A stretch of 42,338 bases of DNA, from the NCBI GenBank assembly GCA_030615965.1, contig JAUWYE010000002.1:1-42338 (forward strand), in the 5' to 3' direction. The translations under genes were made by a program, and so were the position numbers. The notes under the pieces were generated by a model that saw only the letters and a list, made by a program, of their open reading frames with translations, was not told the DNA's origin and did no database searches. Below are positions 25,180 to 33,114 of the stretch, in pieces. Position 1 is the first letter of the stretch. Each line of letters opens with the position of its first letter. This stretch comes from Dehalococcoidia bacterium. Lineage in GTDB: Bacteria > Chloroflexota > Dehalococcoidia > GIF9 > AB-539-J10.

Positions 25180-26607
25180 ATGGCGAAAAGAGTTACCACC
25201 TTATTTATTAGAGATACCGCTATTAACCTGCTGGTAATGAAGGGCAGACAGGTGGAAAAGTGGGCTATCTTGCCACTGGAGCCAGGTCTGGTCAGCCAGG
25301 GGCTCATCGTTGATGAAGCGCGGGTAGCCGACGAGGTGAAACAGCTATTCAAAAGGGAAAAGGTAAGCACAGCGAAGGTTATCATCGCTTTAAGCGGGCA
25401 CGATTCCCTGTACCGTATCATAACCCTGCCTGAGCTGCCTGAAGCTATACTTCCTGAGGCGGTAAGGCGTGAGGCAAAGAGAACGATACCAACACCTTTA
25501 GAAGAGGCCTATTTTTCGTACCAGCGCCTTCCCTCCGAAAGGGGAGAAGGTCGCGTTTTTCTGGCCAGTTTTCCCCGCAATCTGACTGATTCCTTAGTCA
25601 GAACGCTGCGTCAGGCCGGTATTAAGCCGTATATTATAGACTTAGCTCCTCTAGCCCTGTGCCGAATCCCCAATGAGCCCAGAGCAATCATTATAAATGC
25701 CGGGTTAGACCACCTGGATGTCATGGTTATAGCAGACAGGCTCCCCCAGGTCATCCGCAGGTTATCCCTGCCCGGCGAGGCTGAATCTTTAGAAGAAAAG
25801 CTGCCCCTCATCACTGAAGAGTTCAACAGAACTGTTGCCTTCTATAATTCCAGCCATATGGAACAGCCTCTAGATTCAACTGTGCCTGTGTTTGCCTGCG
25901 GCGACCTGGCAGAAGCACCGGAGACCTGGCAGTCAGCGCTTGGCCAGTCAGGTTATTCGGTGTCACCGTTGCCATCGCCTGTGGAACCCCCCGAGGGCTT
26001 CAACCCGAACGACTTCATGGTCAATATGGGGCTGGCTCTCAAGGAACTACTGCCAGAACAGAAAGAGGCTAACTTTTCACTAGTGAATTTCAATGTCCTG
26101 CCCGAGGCCTATTTACCCGAGCGTTTCTCTATATCACGAGTCCTTGTCCCTATCGGTAGTGTCGTTGGTATCGGCCTCATTATCTTTGGCGTAATTTTTA
26201 TCCAGGCTAATCGCGCCCAAATCGAGACATTGCGTTCCCAGGTGACAGCAACTGAGAGCAGCGTCACCCGATTGCAAAGAGAAACAACAATATTGCGCAC
26301 GCAGATTGGGCCGATAAAAGCCACCGCCGATGAGCTTAATGCCAGAGTTGTCACTATGGAACGGGGGCGTGCACAGATTGCCATGGATTTGAGTGAAATT
26401 GATAGACATGCCGGAGAGAAGATAACCTTGAGTAATGTTAGTCATGCAGGCGACTCGGTAACAGTGAACGCGGTGGCTTCAGATGAAGATGCCGTTTTCG
26501 GGTACGCCGACGATTTGAGAAAGAGCGATAGATTCTCGGATGTTTGGATTTCCTCTATCGCCGGGAGCGGCAAAACATTTAGTTTTGTGCTCTCCTTAAC
26601 AAAATAA
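25180..26607 (+). CDS. pilM: PilM (actin-like ATPase fold) fused to a PilN-like TM/coiled-coil segment
   Basis: The N-terminal ~300 aa resemble PilM (IALSGHDSLYRIITLPE and IIDLAPLALCRI). They are followed by the TM helix VLVPIGSVVGIGLIIFGVIFI and a coiled coil. Confidence 0.7.
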   Translation: MAKRVTTLFIRDTAINLLVMKGRQVEKWAILPLEPGLVSQGLIVDEARVADEVKQLFKREKVSTAKVIIALSGHDSLYRIITLPELPEAILPEAVRREAKRTIPTPLEEAYFSYQRLPSERGEGRVFLASFPRNLTDSLVRTLRQAGIKPYIIDLAPLALCRIPNEPRAIIINAGLDHLDVMVIADRLPQVIRRLSLPGEAESLEEKLPLITEEFNRTVAFYNSSHMEQPLDSTVPVFACGDLAEAPETWQSALGQSGYSVSPLPSPVEPPEGFNPNDFMVNMGLALKELLPEQKEANFSLVNFNVLPEAYLPERFSISRVLVPIGSVVGIGLIIFGVIFIQANRAQIETLRSQVTATESSVTRLQRETTILRTQIGPIKATADELNARVVTMERGRAQIAMDLSEIDRHAGEKITLSNVSHAGDSVTVNAVASDEDAVFGYADDLRKSDRFSDVWISSIAGSGKTFSFVLSLTK

Positions 26608-26616
26608 AGTTATTTA

Positions 26617-26684
26617 AAGAACTAGTTTTGGCATTTAAGCATTTGGATTTTGACATTTGGATTTGGGCAAAGGGATTTTGGGGG
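26617..26684 (+). repeat. Repeat module A, copy 1 (upstream of pilT)
   Basis: The sequence aagaactagttttggcatttaagcatttggattttgacatttggatttgggcaaagggattttggggg has its reverse complement at 29892-29976. The 29.9-kb copy carries an 18-nt insertion. Confidence 0.9.
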
Positions 26685-26757
26685 AATAGAACTATCTTCT
26701 AGAACATAATCTCTTCCCAAGCTATTCCCAGCCCTGTCATACTATATTCAGGATAAT
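26685..26757 (+). repeat. 73-nt module B, copy 2, inserted between modules A and C
   Basis: See 14425-14497. Module B is absent from the otherwise matching A-C junction at about 29890. Confidence 0.9.
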
Positions 26758-26832
26758 AAGGGGAGGGTGGGTTAATACTATTTTCCTATTACTAATGGGC
26801 GATTGACAGTAAGGATGAAGGAAGCTTACACT
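26758..26832 (+). promoter_or_regulatory. Module C (50 nt) ending in a -35 element; candidate pilT promoter P4
   Basis: The sequence aaggggagggtgggttaatactattttcctattactaatgggcgaTTGAC matches the reverse complement of 29841-29890 with 1 mismatch. The -35 TTGACA lies at 26803-26808. The -10 is weak (TACACT, 18-nt spacer). Confidence 0.5.
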
Positions 26833-26917
26833 ATATTATAAATATACTCAAATATACTATAAAGCAGGGGTAAAATTGTGTTGGGATTTATGTAGTTGAC
26901 TATAGAAGGGAAAAAAT

Positions 26918-27985
26918 ATGGATGTTTTTTCATTGCTTCGGACAGCTAACTCAAAGCGGGCTAGCGATTTGCATCTGGTTGTTGGCAGCCCAGCAATATT
27001 CCGTATCGACGGCACTCTGGAATCATCAAACGGTGTAGCTCCACTAAGCGCTGAGGATATAAACGAAGCTTTTCTCCAGCTAACCACGCCTGAGGAGAGA
27101 GAAACCTTCCACCGCCATCTGGAGCTTGACTTTGGCTATACATTACCGGATGTCGGTCGTCTGCGATGCAATGCCGCTCAGCAGCGCGGGTCTATCAGCC
27201 TTGCCGTGCGCCTGCTGCTGCCAAAAATCCCCACCCTAGACGAACTGGAACTGCCCCAGATATGTAAGGAGCTTGCTTTGAAGCCGAGAGGACTGGTAGT
27301 GATTACTGGACCTACCGGCAGCGGTAAAAGCACCACCCTGGCAGCTATGATTCAGTACTTGAATACTCATGAGACTCGCCATGTGGTTACCATTGAAGAC
27401 CCCATAGAATATGTTTACACCAGCCTTAAATGCGCTGTGACCCAGCGCCAGTTGGGCACTGATACCCTATCATTTACTAATGCTCTAAAGCATATCTTGA
27501 GGCAGGACCCGGATGTGATTCTGATCGGGGAGATGAGAGATACCGACACTGCGGATGCCGTCCTTACCATAGCTGAGACCGGGCACTTCATATTAACTAC
27601 CGGTCATGCCCCCAGCGCTACTCAGGCAATGGAGCGAATAATTGATTTGTTCCCACCTCATCAGCGCCACCTAGCTCAGACACGGCTGGCTTCTCTACTT
27701 GTTGCTGTGTTGTGTCAGGTGCTTGTGCCCCGGACTGACGGCTCAGGAAGGATAGCCGCCGTGGAAATCATGCTCGGCAATCCGGCAGCGAAGAACCTCA
27801 TTCGTGAAGGCAAACTCTACCAGCTACCCAATGTAATCCGTACCCACCGGGAACTAGGCATGATTTCGCTTGACGAAGCCCTGGTCAGTCTCTATCTTAA
27901 GGGAACCATCAGTGGCGCAACCGTGCTTGCTTCCTGCAACGACCGCCAGGAAGTGGAAAAGCTCATCGGCAAGGTAAAATTATAG
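26918..27985 (+). CDS. pilT: Type IV pilus retraction ATPase PilT
   Basis: 355 aa. Walker A is GPTGSGKSTTL and Walker B is DPDVILIGEMRD. AAKNLIREGKLYQL matches the PilT AIRNLIRE signature. Confidence 0.9.
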   Translation: MDVFSLLRTANSKRASDLHLVVGSPAIFRIDGTLESSNGVAPLSAEDINEAFLQLTTPEERETFHRHLELDFGYTLPDVGRLRCNAAQQRGSISLAVRLLLPKIPTLDELELPQICKELALKPRGLVVITGPTGSGKSTTLAAMIQYLNTHETRHVVTIEDPIEYVYTSLKCAVTQRQLGTDTLSFTNALKHILRQDPDVILIGEMRDTDTADAVLTIAETGHFILTTGHAPSATQAMERIIDLFPPHQRHLAQTRLASLLVAVLCQVLVPRTDGSGRIAAVEIMLGNPAAKNLIREGKLYQLPNVIRTHRELGMISLDEALVSLYLKGTISGATVLASCNDRQEVEKLIGKVKL

Positions 27986-28017
27986 TCAAGCACATAACAC
28001 GACCCCGCTTCGCTCCA

Positions 28018-28116
28018 AATCCTAAATTCCAAGCACTAAATCCTAAACAAATTCTAATTTCTAAATTTCAAATTCAAAACCGTTTAGTCCTTTGGATTTT
28101 GGTCATTTGATATTGT
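28018..28116 (+). repeat. AT-rich repeat module D, copy 2
   Basis: Near-identical to 16231-16329. Confidence 0.85.
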
Positions 28117-28403
28117 TTAGTATTTAGAAATTAGGATTTAGGATTTCTTCAATACCGTAGGGGCGATGCTCGTCCCCGCCCTTTTGTCATTGCGAGCCTT
28201 TCCCTTTTGTCATTCTGAGCCGCAGGCGAAGAATCTCACCTCCGTTCAGGCCTGTCCTGAGCGAGGTCGAAGGAGTAAACTCCGCGTGGCAATCCCATTG
28301 CCCCCGCGAGATTGCTTCGGCTGACTGCGTCAGCCTCGCAATGACACGGGAAGAAGACGCCTCACAACGGCAGGATGGGGTGCCTCGCAATGACACGGCC
28401 AAC

Positions 28404-28622
28404 CTATAGCTTTTCCCAGCTATCCTTGTCTATTCCTGCCTGCTTAAGAATCCTCGAGAGCAATTCCCTTCCGACGTCTCTCCGGTGCGGATTAGGAAGT
28501 CGCAAGCGAATCATGCCTTTGAGCATAAATTGGTGTTTTCCACCAGAATAGGGGCCTTCAAAACCTAAGATTTGTAAATATCTGATTAGCTCGACTCTTT
28601 TTATAGGCCCAAGGCGGGGCAC
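28404..28622 (-). CDS. hicA: HicA-family toxin (module 3)
   Basis: 72 aa, reading KRVELIRYLQILGFEGPYSGGKHQFMLKG. It is a paralogue of 22243..22476. Confidence 0.8.
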   Translation of the reverse strand: MPRLGPIKRVELIRYLQILGFEGPYSGGKHQFMLKGMIRLRLPNPHRRDVGRELLSRILKQAGIDKDSWEKL

Positions 28623-28882
28623 TAAACTGCTTCCTCTACTACTAATTTAATTCCGTCAACAATTGGCAGCGGTAGATGATGAGATATGCCAAGCATAATC
28701 CATTCCTCTAGGACCTCTTTCAGTTCGCTGCGGCATGTTTCCAAATCCTCAGCATTGGCATAAACACCATCAAACCCAGGGATATATCCGTAAAATGTAT
28801 TGTCATCACAGAGGATTTCATATTTTGCCTTCCTCATGGCTGCTTCGATGTATTCTGTTAGCATGACTACCCTCTGTGTCAA
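28622..28882 (-). CDS. hicB: HicB-family antitoxin (module 3)
   Basis: 86 aa, reading MLTEYIEAAMRKAKYEILCDDNTFYGYIPGFDGVYANAEDLETCRSELKEVLEEWI. Confidence 0.8.
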   Translation of the reverse strand: MTQRVVMLTEYIEAAMRKAKYEILCDDNTFYGYIPGFDGVYANAEDLETCRSELKEVLEEWIMLGISHHLPLPIVDGIKLVVEEAV

Positions 28883-29201
28883 TTGTAGTATAAGCCAGCG
28901 AGCATTGTCAAAAGAAATTGTTCCAAGCGTAAGCGTGGAATCCCGCTGGAGATTGCTTCGGCACTGTCGTGCCTCGCAATGACAGGAGGGGTGTCATTGC
29001 GAGCCGAATTTCCTCTCCCTTGATGGGAGAGGACTAAGGTGAGGGTGAATTATAAGGACTTTTGCAATTGACTATATATTTCGGGCTTTGATATTGTTTA
29101 GTATTCAGCGGTCGGCTTTTAGATTGTCCCTCACTCAGGACTGATCGCTGAATACTGACTACTGACTACTGATTACTGATTACTTAAATATGCAAAAGCC
29201 T

Positions 29202-29235
29202 ACCGGCGGGGTTGGCATTAACCAACTCCGCCGGT
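29202..29235 (-). terminator. Candidate intrinsic terminator of pilA
   Basis: A 14-bp stem (ACCGGCGGAGTTGG / CCAACCCCGCCGGT) with a 6-nt loop. On the minus strand it is followed by AGGCTTTTGCATATTT. It lies about 50 nt after the pilA stop. Confidence 0.6.
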
Positions 29236-29287
29236 AAGTTATTCCGGATCAGTTGTCTAGTGTCTTCCTTGTGACGCTCTGACCGAC

Positions 29288-29680
29288 TTACCTGACCCAC
29301 TTGCCATGACTTCCGCTCGCCCCGGAGGTGCCCGCTTGCCATGTGAGTTCGTCCCAGCCGGTGCCGGTCGTCACCCAGCCGTAGTCTGTGTCAAAACCGT
29401 AGGTACCCGTGACGTTTCCTGCGAGGAAGTCACTCAGGTCGCCTGAGCCCGCAGGCCACGCACTGTTCTCAGCATAATAGGCCAGCGATGCCGTTTTCAC
29501 ATTCTCCACTTCGCTGTTGGCTGCGCTCAGTTTCCCCGTGATCATAAAGGCACCTAGATTGGGGATAACCACGGCAGCGATAATGCCCAGAATGGCCACC
29601 ACGATGAGCAACTCGATGAGGGTGAAGCCCTTCTCTCCACGATGTAGACCCTTAAATATGGGATATTTTGTCTTTGTCAT
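29288..29680 (-). CDS. pilA: Type IV major pilin (prepilin-type N-terminal signal)
   Basis: 130 aa with the signal HRGEKG|FTLIELLIVVAILGIIAAVVIPNL. It has its own promoter and a strong terminator. Confidence 0.85.
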   Translation of the reverse strand: MTKTKYPIFKGLHRGEKGFTLIELLIVVAILGIIAAVVIPNLGAFMITGKLSAANSEVENVKTASLAYYAENSAWPAGSGDLSDFLAGNVTGTYGFDTDYGWVTTGTGWDELTWQAGTSGASGSHGKWVR

Positions 29681-29817
29681 TTTCTACCTCCTTTTTTTGA
29701 TTTTTTTGGAGCTTCGCTCCGGTAATCTGTTTTGCAGATATGTTATCTCACAACTCTCTTTTACCTCCCCCTTCCTGTTTTCTGGATTTAGCTCCAGTAA
29801 TTCATCGTATATAATAT

Positions 29818-29845
29818 AGTATAGCGTGCTCCTCATAGCCGTCAA
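29818..29845 (-). promoter_or_regulatory. Candidate pilA promoter P3
   Basis: The minus strand reads TTGACG (29845-29840), a 16-nt spacer and TATACT (29823-29818). Confidence 0.55.
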
Positions 29846-29976
29846 TCACCCATTAGTAATAGGAAAATAGTATTAACCCACCCTCCCCTTTCCCCCAAAA
29901 TCCATTTGCCCAAATCCAAATGTCAAAATCTAAATGACAATTGAAATCCAAATGCTTAAATGCCAAAACTAGTTCT
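29841..29976 (-). repeat. Modules C and A upstream of pilA, without module B
   Basis: The reverse complement of 29841-29890 equals module C, and 29892-29976 equals module A. Confidence 0.9.
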
Positions 29977-30056
29977 TTTTGTCATTTGAATTTTGGGCTT
30001 GTCCCGATTAGATCGGGATTGAGCTTCGTCATTTGATATTGTTTGGGATTTAGAAA

Positions 30057-31448
30057 TTAGGATTTAGAATTTTCCTGCGTAGGTGGCTCCAGTTGCTCGA
30101 CCTCAAAGACCCTTATTCCCTGACGCTTAGCGAACTGCCTGGCTTCCCTGGTGAGTCCGGGAACAGCAATAAAGACCTTATCCAGAATACCTGCATCATA
30201 AGCCTTGTCGTCAAAGTCAAATACCTTATCCAGTCCCATCGGCTTCTCATCCACCTCGATGCCAATAGCAATACGATGGATAATGATGCCCTCATCTCTG
30301 GTAGCCAGTATGTCTATGTTATGGGCAGCGCCAGACCGGCCTCTGACTTCAGCATCTTCCTTTACTCTGTAGCCCTGTTTCTCCAGGTATTGTATAAGCT
30401 GTGATTTGGACTTAAATTCAAAGGGCTCCTTCACTATTTCCCGGCCTGGCTGGGGACCACCAGCCAGCACTGTCTCCAGGTCCTTGGGTTCAAGCACCTT
30501 TATTCTCTGATAGCTGGCAAATTTCTCCGCCTCTTCGCCTAACGCGGGGATGATAATCATTATTTTATCGTGAATGCCGCTATCGTAGGCTTTGACATCA
30601 AAGTCCAGCATCCTGTCCAGTCCTATCTTATCCCTGGCAATCTCAACCCCGATAGCGATATTATGGGTAACGACGCCGTCATCCCTGGTAGCTAGTATAT
30701 CTATGCAATGTTCTGCTCCCGACCTCCCTTTTATTCTGGCATTTTCCGTTACTTCGTAGCCATGCTGCCTCAAGAGTTTTATAAACTGTGCTTTAGGCTG
30801 AAGTTCAAATTCCAGCCAGCTTCTCTTCGTTTCATCAAAGCTGTATGAGTAGACATTTACCTCGTCAACCTCATCCTCATCGGCAAGCGAGGAACATTTC
30901 AGACAGCGCCATTTTAGCAGCGGCACGCTAAATATCTCGCCGCAATCACGGCACTTGCGCAGCACTCCCAGGCTCTGGTAGTCGATGTCGATAGTTCGCA
31001 GCTCCACTTTACACCTGGGGCATATATATCTACCCCTGGCTATAAATTCGTCTTCAAGGCCGACATACTTGCAGGCAAAGTGCTCGAGGACTCTGCCCCG
31101 GACGATATCTCCCGAGCCGCATTTAGGGCAGTGGATGGATGGTCTTATATTTATTGACTGGCACCGGGGACAACGGAGGAGCCTATCAAAGAAACTCTTT
31201 TTCAATATACCCTTATCAGCCAGGGATTCCATAATTGCTACTGCTTCCTTGCCTTTGATTTTTAGTGTTTGCTCAACGACTGGATAGATGAAGCCCAGCT
31301 CAGTGGCGAAATCAAGCCGGGGTTTAATATCAACGATCTTCGCCGCCAGCATTGCCGCCACCAATTTCATCGCTATCTCACCTTCCTCCATGCCGCTTAC
31401 GGCTTGTGAGGTTTCTGTTGCTTCTATCGCCTTATCGACTTCTTCCAT
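30057..31448 (-). CDS. wHTH-like N-terminus + five CxxC pairs (Zn ribbons) + tandem pair of the same Mrr-like domain found in PilB
   Basis: 463 aa. The CxxC pairs are at C93/96, C107/110, C143/146, C166/169 and C182/185. Residues ~212-330 and ~340-452 align with PilB residues ~27-140 and ~153-262. Shared blocks are GRSGAEHCIDILATRDDG...IAIG...FDVKAYD...EEAEKFASYQRIKV. Confidence 0.8.
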   Translation of the reverse strand: MEEVDKAIEATETSQAVSGMEEGEIAMKLVAAMLAAKIVDIKPRLDFATELGFIYPVVEQTLKIKGKEAVAIMESLADKGILKKSFFDRLLRCPRCQSINIRPSIHCPKCGSGDIVRGRVLEHFACKYVGLEDEFIARGRYICPRCKVELRTIDIDYQSLGVLRKCRDCGEIFSVPLLKWRCLKCSSLADEDEVDEVNVYSYSFDETKRSWLEFELQPKAQFIKLLRQHGYEVTENARIKGRSGAEHCIDILATRDDGVVTHNIAIGVEIARDKIGLDRMLDFDVKAYDSGIHDKIMIIIPALGEEAEKFASYQRIKVLEPKDLETVLAGGPQPGREIVKEPFEFKSKSQLIQYLEKQGYRVKEDAEVRGRSGAAHNIDILATRDEGIIIHRIAIGIEVDEKPMGLDKVFDFDDKAYDAGILDKVFIAVPGLTREARQFAKRQGIRVFEVEQLEPPTQENSKS

Positions 31449-31754
31449 ACTTTGCCTCCGTTCACGTAGTTAGAAAAGTATAATTCGCAATATCGCAGAA
31501 GTCAATAATAGTCAACCACAGCCAAAAAGTGGTCAGCGGTCAGCTTTCAGCCCGGATACTGACCACCAATCTCATTGCCCCACGAGACTGCTTCGCTGCC
31601 CCAATTCATCGGGGCTCCTCGCAATGACAGGGGAAGAGGGCAGGCCCAGCTTCGAGGCGTGAAGGAATCCCTTCCTTCACGCTTGAAATGGTAAACAATG
31701 CGACTGCCTCTTTCAAAAAATTTTGATTTTTGAATTTCTATGGGGTTAGTTTAC

Positions 31755-31837
31755 TGCCGAGGGAGGGACTCGAACCCACACTCCCTTACAGGAAGCGGAT
31801 TTTAAGTCCGCCGCGTCTGCCATTCCGCCACCTCGGC
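31755..31837 (-). tRNA. tRNA-Leu (anticodon TAA)
   Basis: The hand-folded sequence is GCCGAGGTGGCGGAATGGCAGACGCGGCGGACTTAAAATCCGC...GGGTTCGAGTCCCTCCCTCGGCA. It has a long variable arm and no encoded CCA. Confidence 0.85.
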
Positions 31838-31858
31838 CTGATAATTGCTAACTCAAGA

Positions 31859-31931
31859 AGGCGGCGGGCGGATTCGAACCGCCGCATCGGGGTTTTGCAG
31901 ACCCCTGCCTTAACCTCTTGGCTACACCGCC
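31859..31931 (-). tRNA. tRNA-Cys (anticodon GCA)
   Basis: The acceptor is GGCGGTG/CGCCGCC, the anticodon arm is GGGGT-CTGCAAA-ACCCC, the T-arm is GGCGG-TTCGAAT-CCGCC and the discriminator is U. Confidence 0.8.
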
Positions 31932-31948
31932 GCAACTACCAAATTTAC

Positions 31949-32023
31949 TGGAGCGGAAGACGGGATTCGAACCCGCGACCTCTTCCTTGGCAAGGAAGCA
32001 TTCTACCGCTGAACTACTTCCGC
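31949..32023 (-). tRNA. tRNA-Gly (anticodon GCC)
   Basis: The sequence is GCGGAAGTAGTTCAGCGGTAGAATGCTTCCTTGCCAAGGAAGAGGTCGCGGGTTCGAATCCCGTCTTCCGCTCCA, with CCA encoded. Confidence 0.9.
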
Positions 32024-32069
32024 TCTGAATAAATTTTACCGCCTTTTCTCAGTTCCCGCAAGCTAACCT

Positions 32070-32156
32070 TGGTGCCGAGGGGGAGATTTGAACTCCCACG
32101 GGCTTGCGCCCACCACCCCCTCAAGATGGCGTGTCTACCTATTCCACCACCTCGGC
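32070..32156 (-). tRNA. tRNA-Leu (anticodon GAG)
   Basis: The sequence is GCCGAGGTGGTGGAATAGGTAGACACGCCATCTTGAGGGGGTGG...GAGTTCAAATCTCCCCCTCGGCACCA. It has a long variable arm and an encoded CCA. Confidence 0.85.
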
Positions 32157-32157
32157 C

Positions 32158-32235
32158 TGGCAGGGGCGGCAGGATTCGAACCCGCGACCTGCGGTTTTGG
32201 AGACCGCTGCTCTAGCCAAACTGAGCTACACCCCT
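32158..32235 (-). tRNA. tRNA-Trp (anticodon CCA)
   Basis: The sequence is AGGGGTGTAGCTCAG...GCGGTCTCCAAAACCGC...GCGGGTTCGAATCCTGCCGCCCCTGCCA. The A1-U72 pair and G73 match bacterial tRNA-Trp. Confidence 0.85.
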
Positions 32236-32259
32236 GAATCAGCGTAATTATATCAAAAA

Positions 32260-32333
32260 TACCCCTGGGGCGACTCGAACGCCCGACACACGGTTTAGGA
32301 AACCGCTGCTCTATCCAACTGAGCTACAGGGGC
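32260..32333 (-). tRNA. tRNA-Arg (anticodon CCT)
   Basis: The sequence is GCCCCTGTAGCTCAGTTGGATAGAGCAGCGGTTTCCTAAACCGT...GGGCGTTCGAGTCGCCCCAGGGGTA. It has a G1-U72 wobble pair and no encoded CCA. Confidence 0.75.
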
Positions 32334-32587
32334 ACGCCACTACCAGAACCTTCGCTGTGTCACAGCTCTTTCGCGAGTTTTTCCGATTTTTATATTAACA
32401 AAAAGCCTTAACCATGGCAATAGCAATGCAGAGCGGTTTGCTGGGCGATAGTTTGACAGGGGCTCGCATCTGTAATATCTGTAACCTAAGCCTCCTCTCA
32501 AATAACAGAGCGTATATTTTGTCACCCCCAAGCCAAAGCTCTGAGCAAAGAGCCTAGCGGAGGGTCTAGATTCTTCGCCTCAGCTAG

Positions 32588-32644
32588 AGTTCCCGAAGGG
32601 CACTCCAGCCAGCTTTCCAGAATTTCATGGTGGAGATAGGGGGA
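32588..32644. repeat. 57-nt direct repeat, copy 1 (contains 17 nt of a tRNA 3' end)
   Basis: The sequence agttcccgaagggcactccagccagctttccagaatttcAtggtggagataggggga differs from 33467-33523 at one position. Confidence 0.9.
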
Positions 32645-32847
32645 CAGTTCCCGAACTTTTATCTGAGGAGAAGGGGCTGATTACGGCGGTGTAGGAGTTG
32701 CTTGTATCGTGCTTACATTGAGCAGGGGGTAACACTCGACATTTGTTAAACCGTCCTGCCTTCAGAAACTTGAAATAACTACACTTCCCAATATTGCTTG
32801 CCAATTATGGAAGCGTATGTTAGGATACAAAAGAGGAGGTCACATAT

Positions 32848-33114
32848 ATGCGAAGAAAGACAAAGAAAGCCACATTCAACCTGCCCACCGATGTTCTAGC
32901 AGCCTTAGACGAGATAATGGCTCGAGGGATGGTACCCAGCAAGAACGCTCTAGTTGAGCAAGCGTTAAACAAGGAGTTAAAAGAGTTGCAGAGGCAGGCA
33001 AGGCAAAGACTATGGCAAGAGGGGGCTAAAGATACCTTGTTGGTCAAGGATGTTGAGGATACCGAGGCTGCTTTCCGAACTGCAGATGCTGAAACTGCCC
33101 GGAGGATAGGCTGA
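32848..33114 (+). CDS. Ribbon-helix-helix (CopG/MazE-like) antitoxin
   Basis: 88 aa, reading KKATFNLPTDVLAALDEIMARGMVPSKNALVEQAL. It overlaps the toxin start by 1 nt. Confidence 0.75.
   Translation: MRRKTKKATFNLPTDVLAALDEIMARGMVPSKNALVEQALNKELKELQRQARQRLWQEGAKDTLLVKDVEDTEAAFRTADAETARRIG

Noticed and set aside
14498-26684. The 12.2-kb segment between the inverted 73-nt module B copies, read as a composite transposon or genomic island.
   Set aside because: No transposase, integrase or recombinase ORF lies inside or next to it. The module has no terminal inverted repeats. Both copies have the same orientation relative to the adjacent downstream gene, which fits a portable regulatory module better. 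The inversion possibility is kept as a testable alternative in the findings.
31730-32032. A 100-aa plus-strand ORF, and the 63-aa minus-strand ORF at 32340..32531.
   Set aside because: The first is antisense to three tRNA genes (Leu, Cys, Gly). The second lies in the tRNA-array upstream region and has no SD sequence or recognisable motifs.
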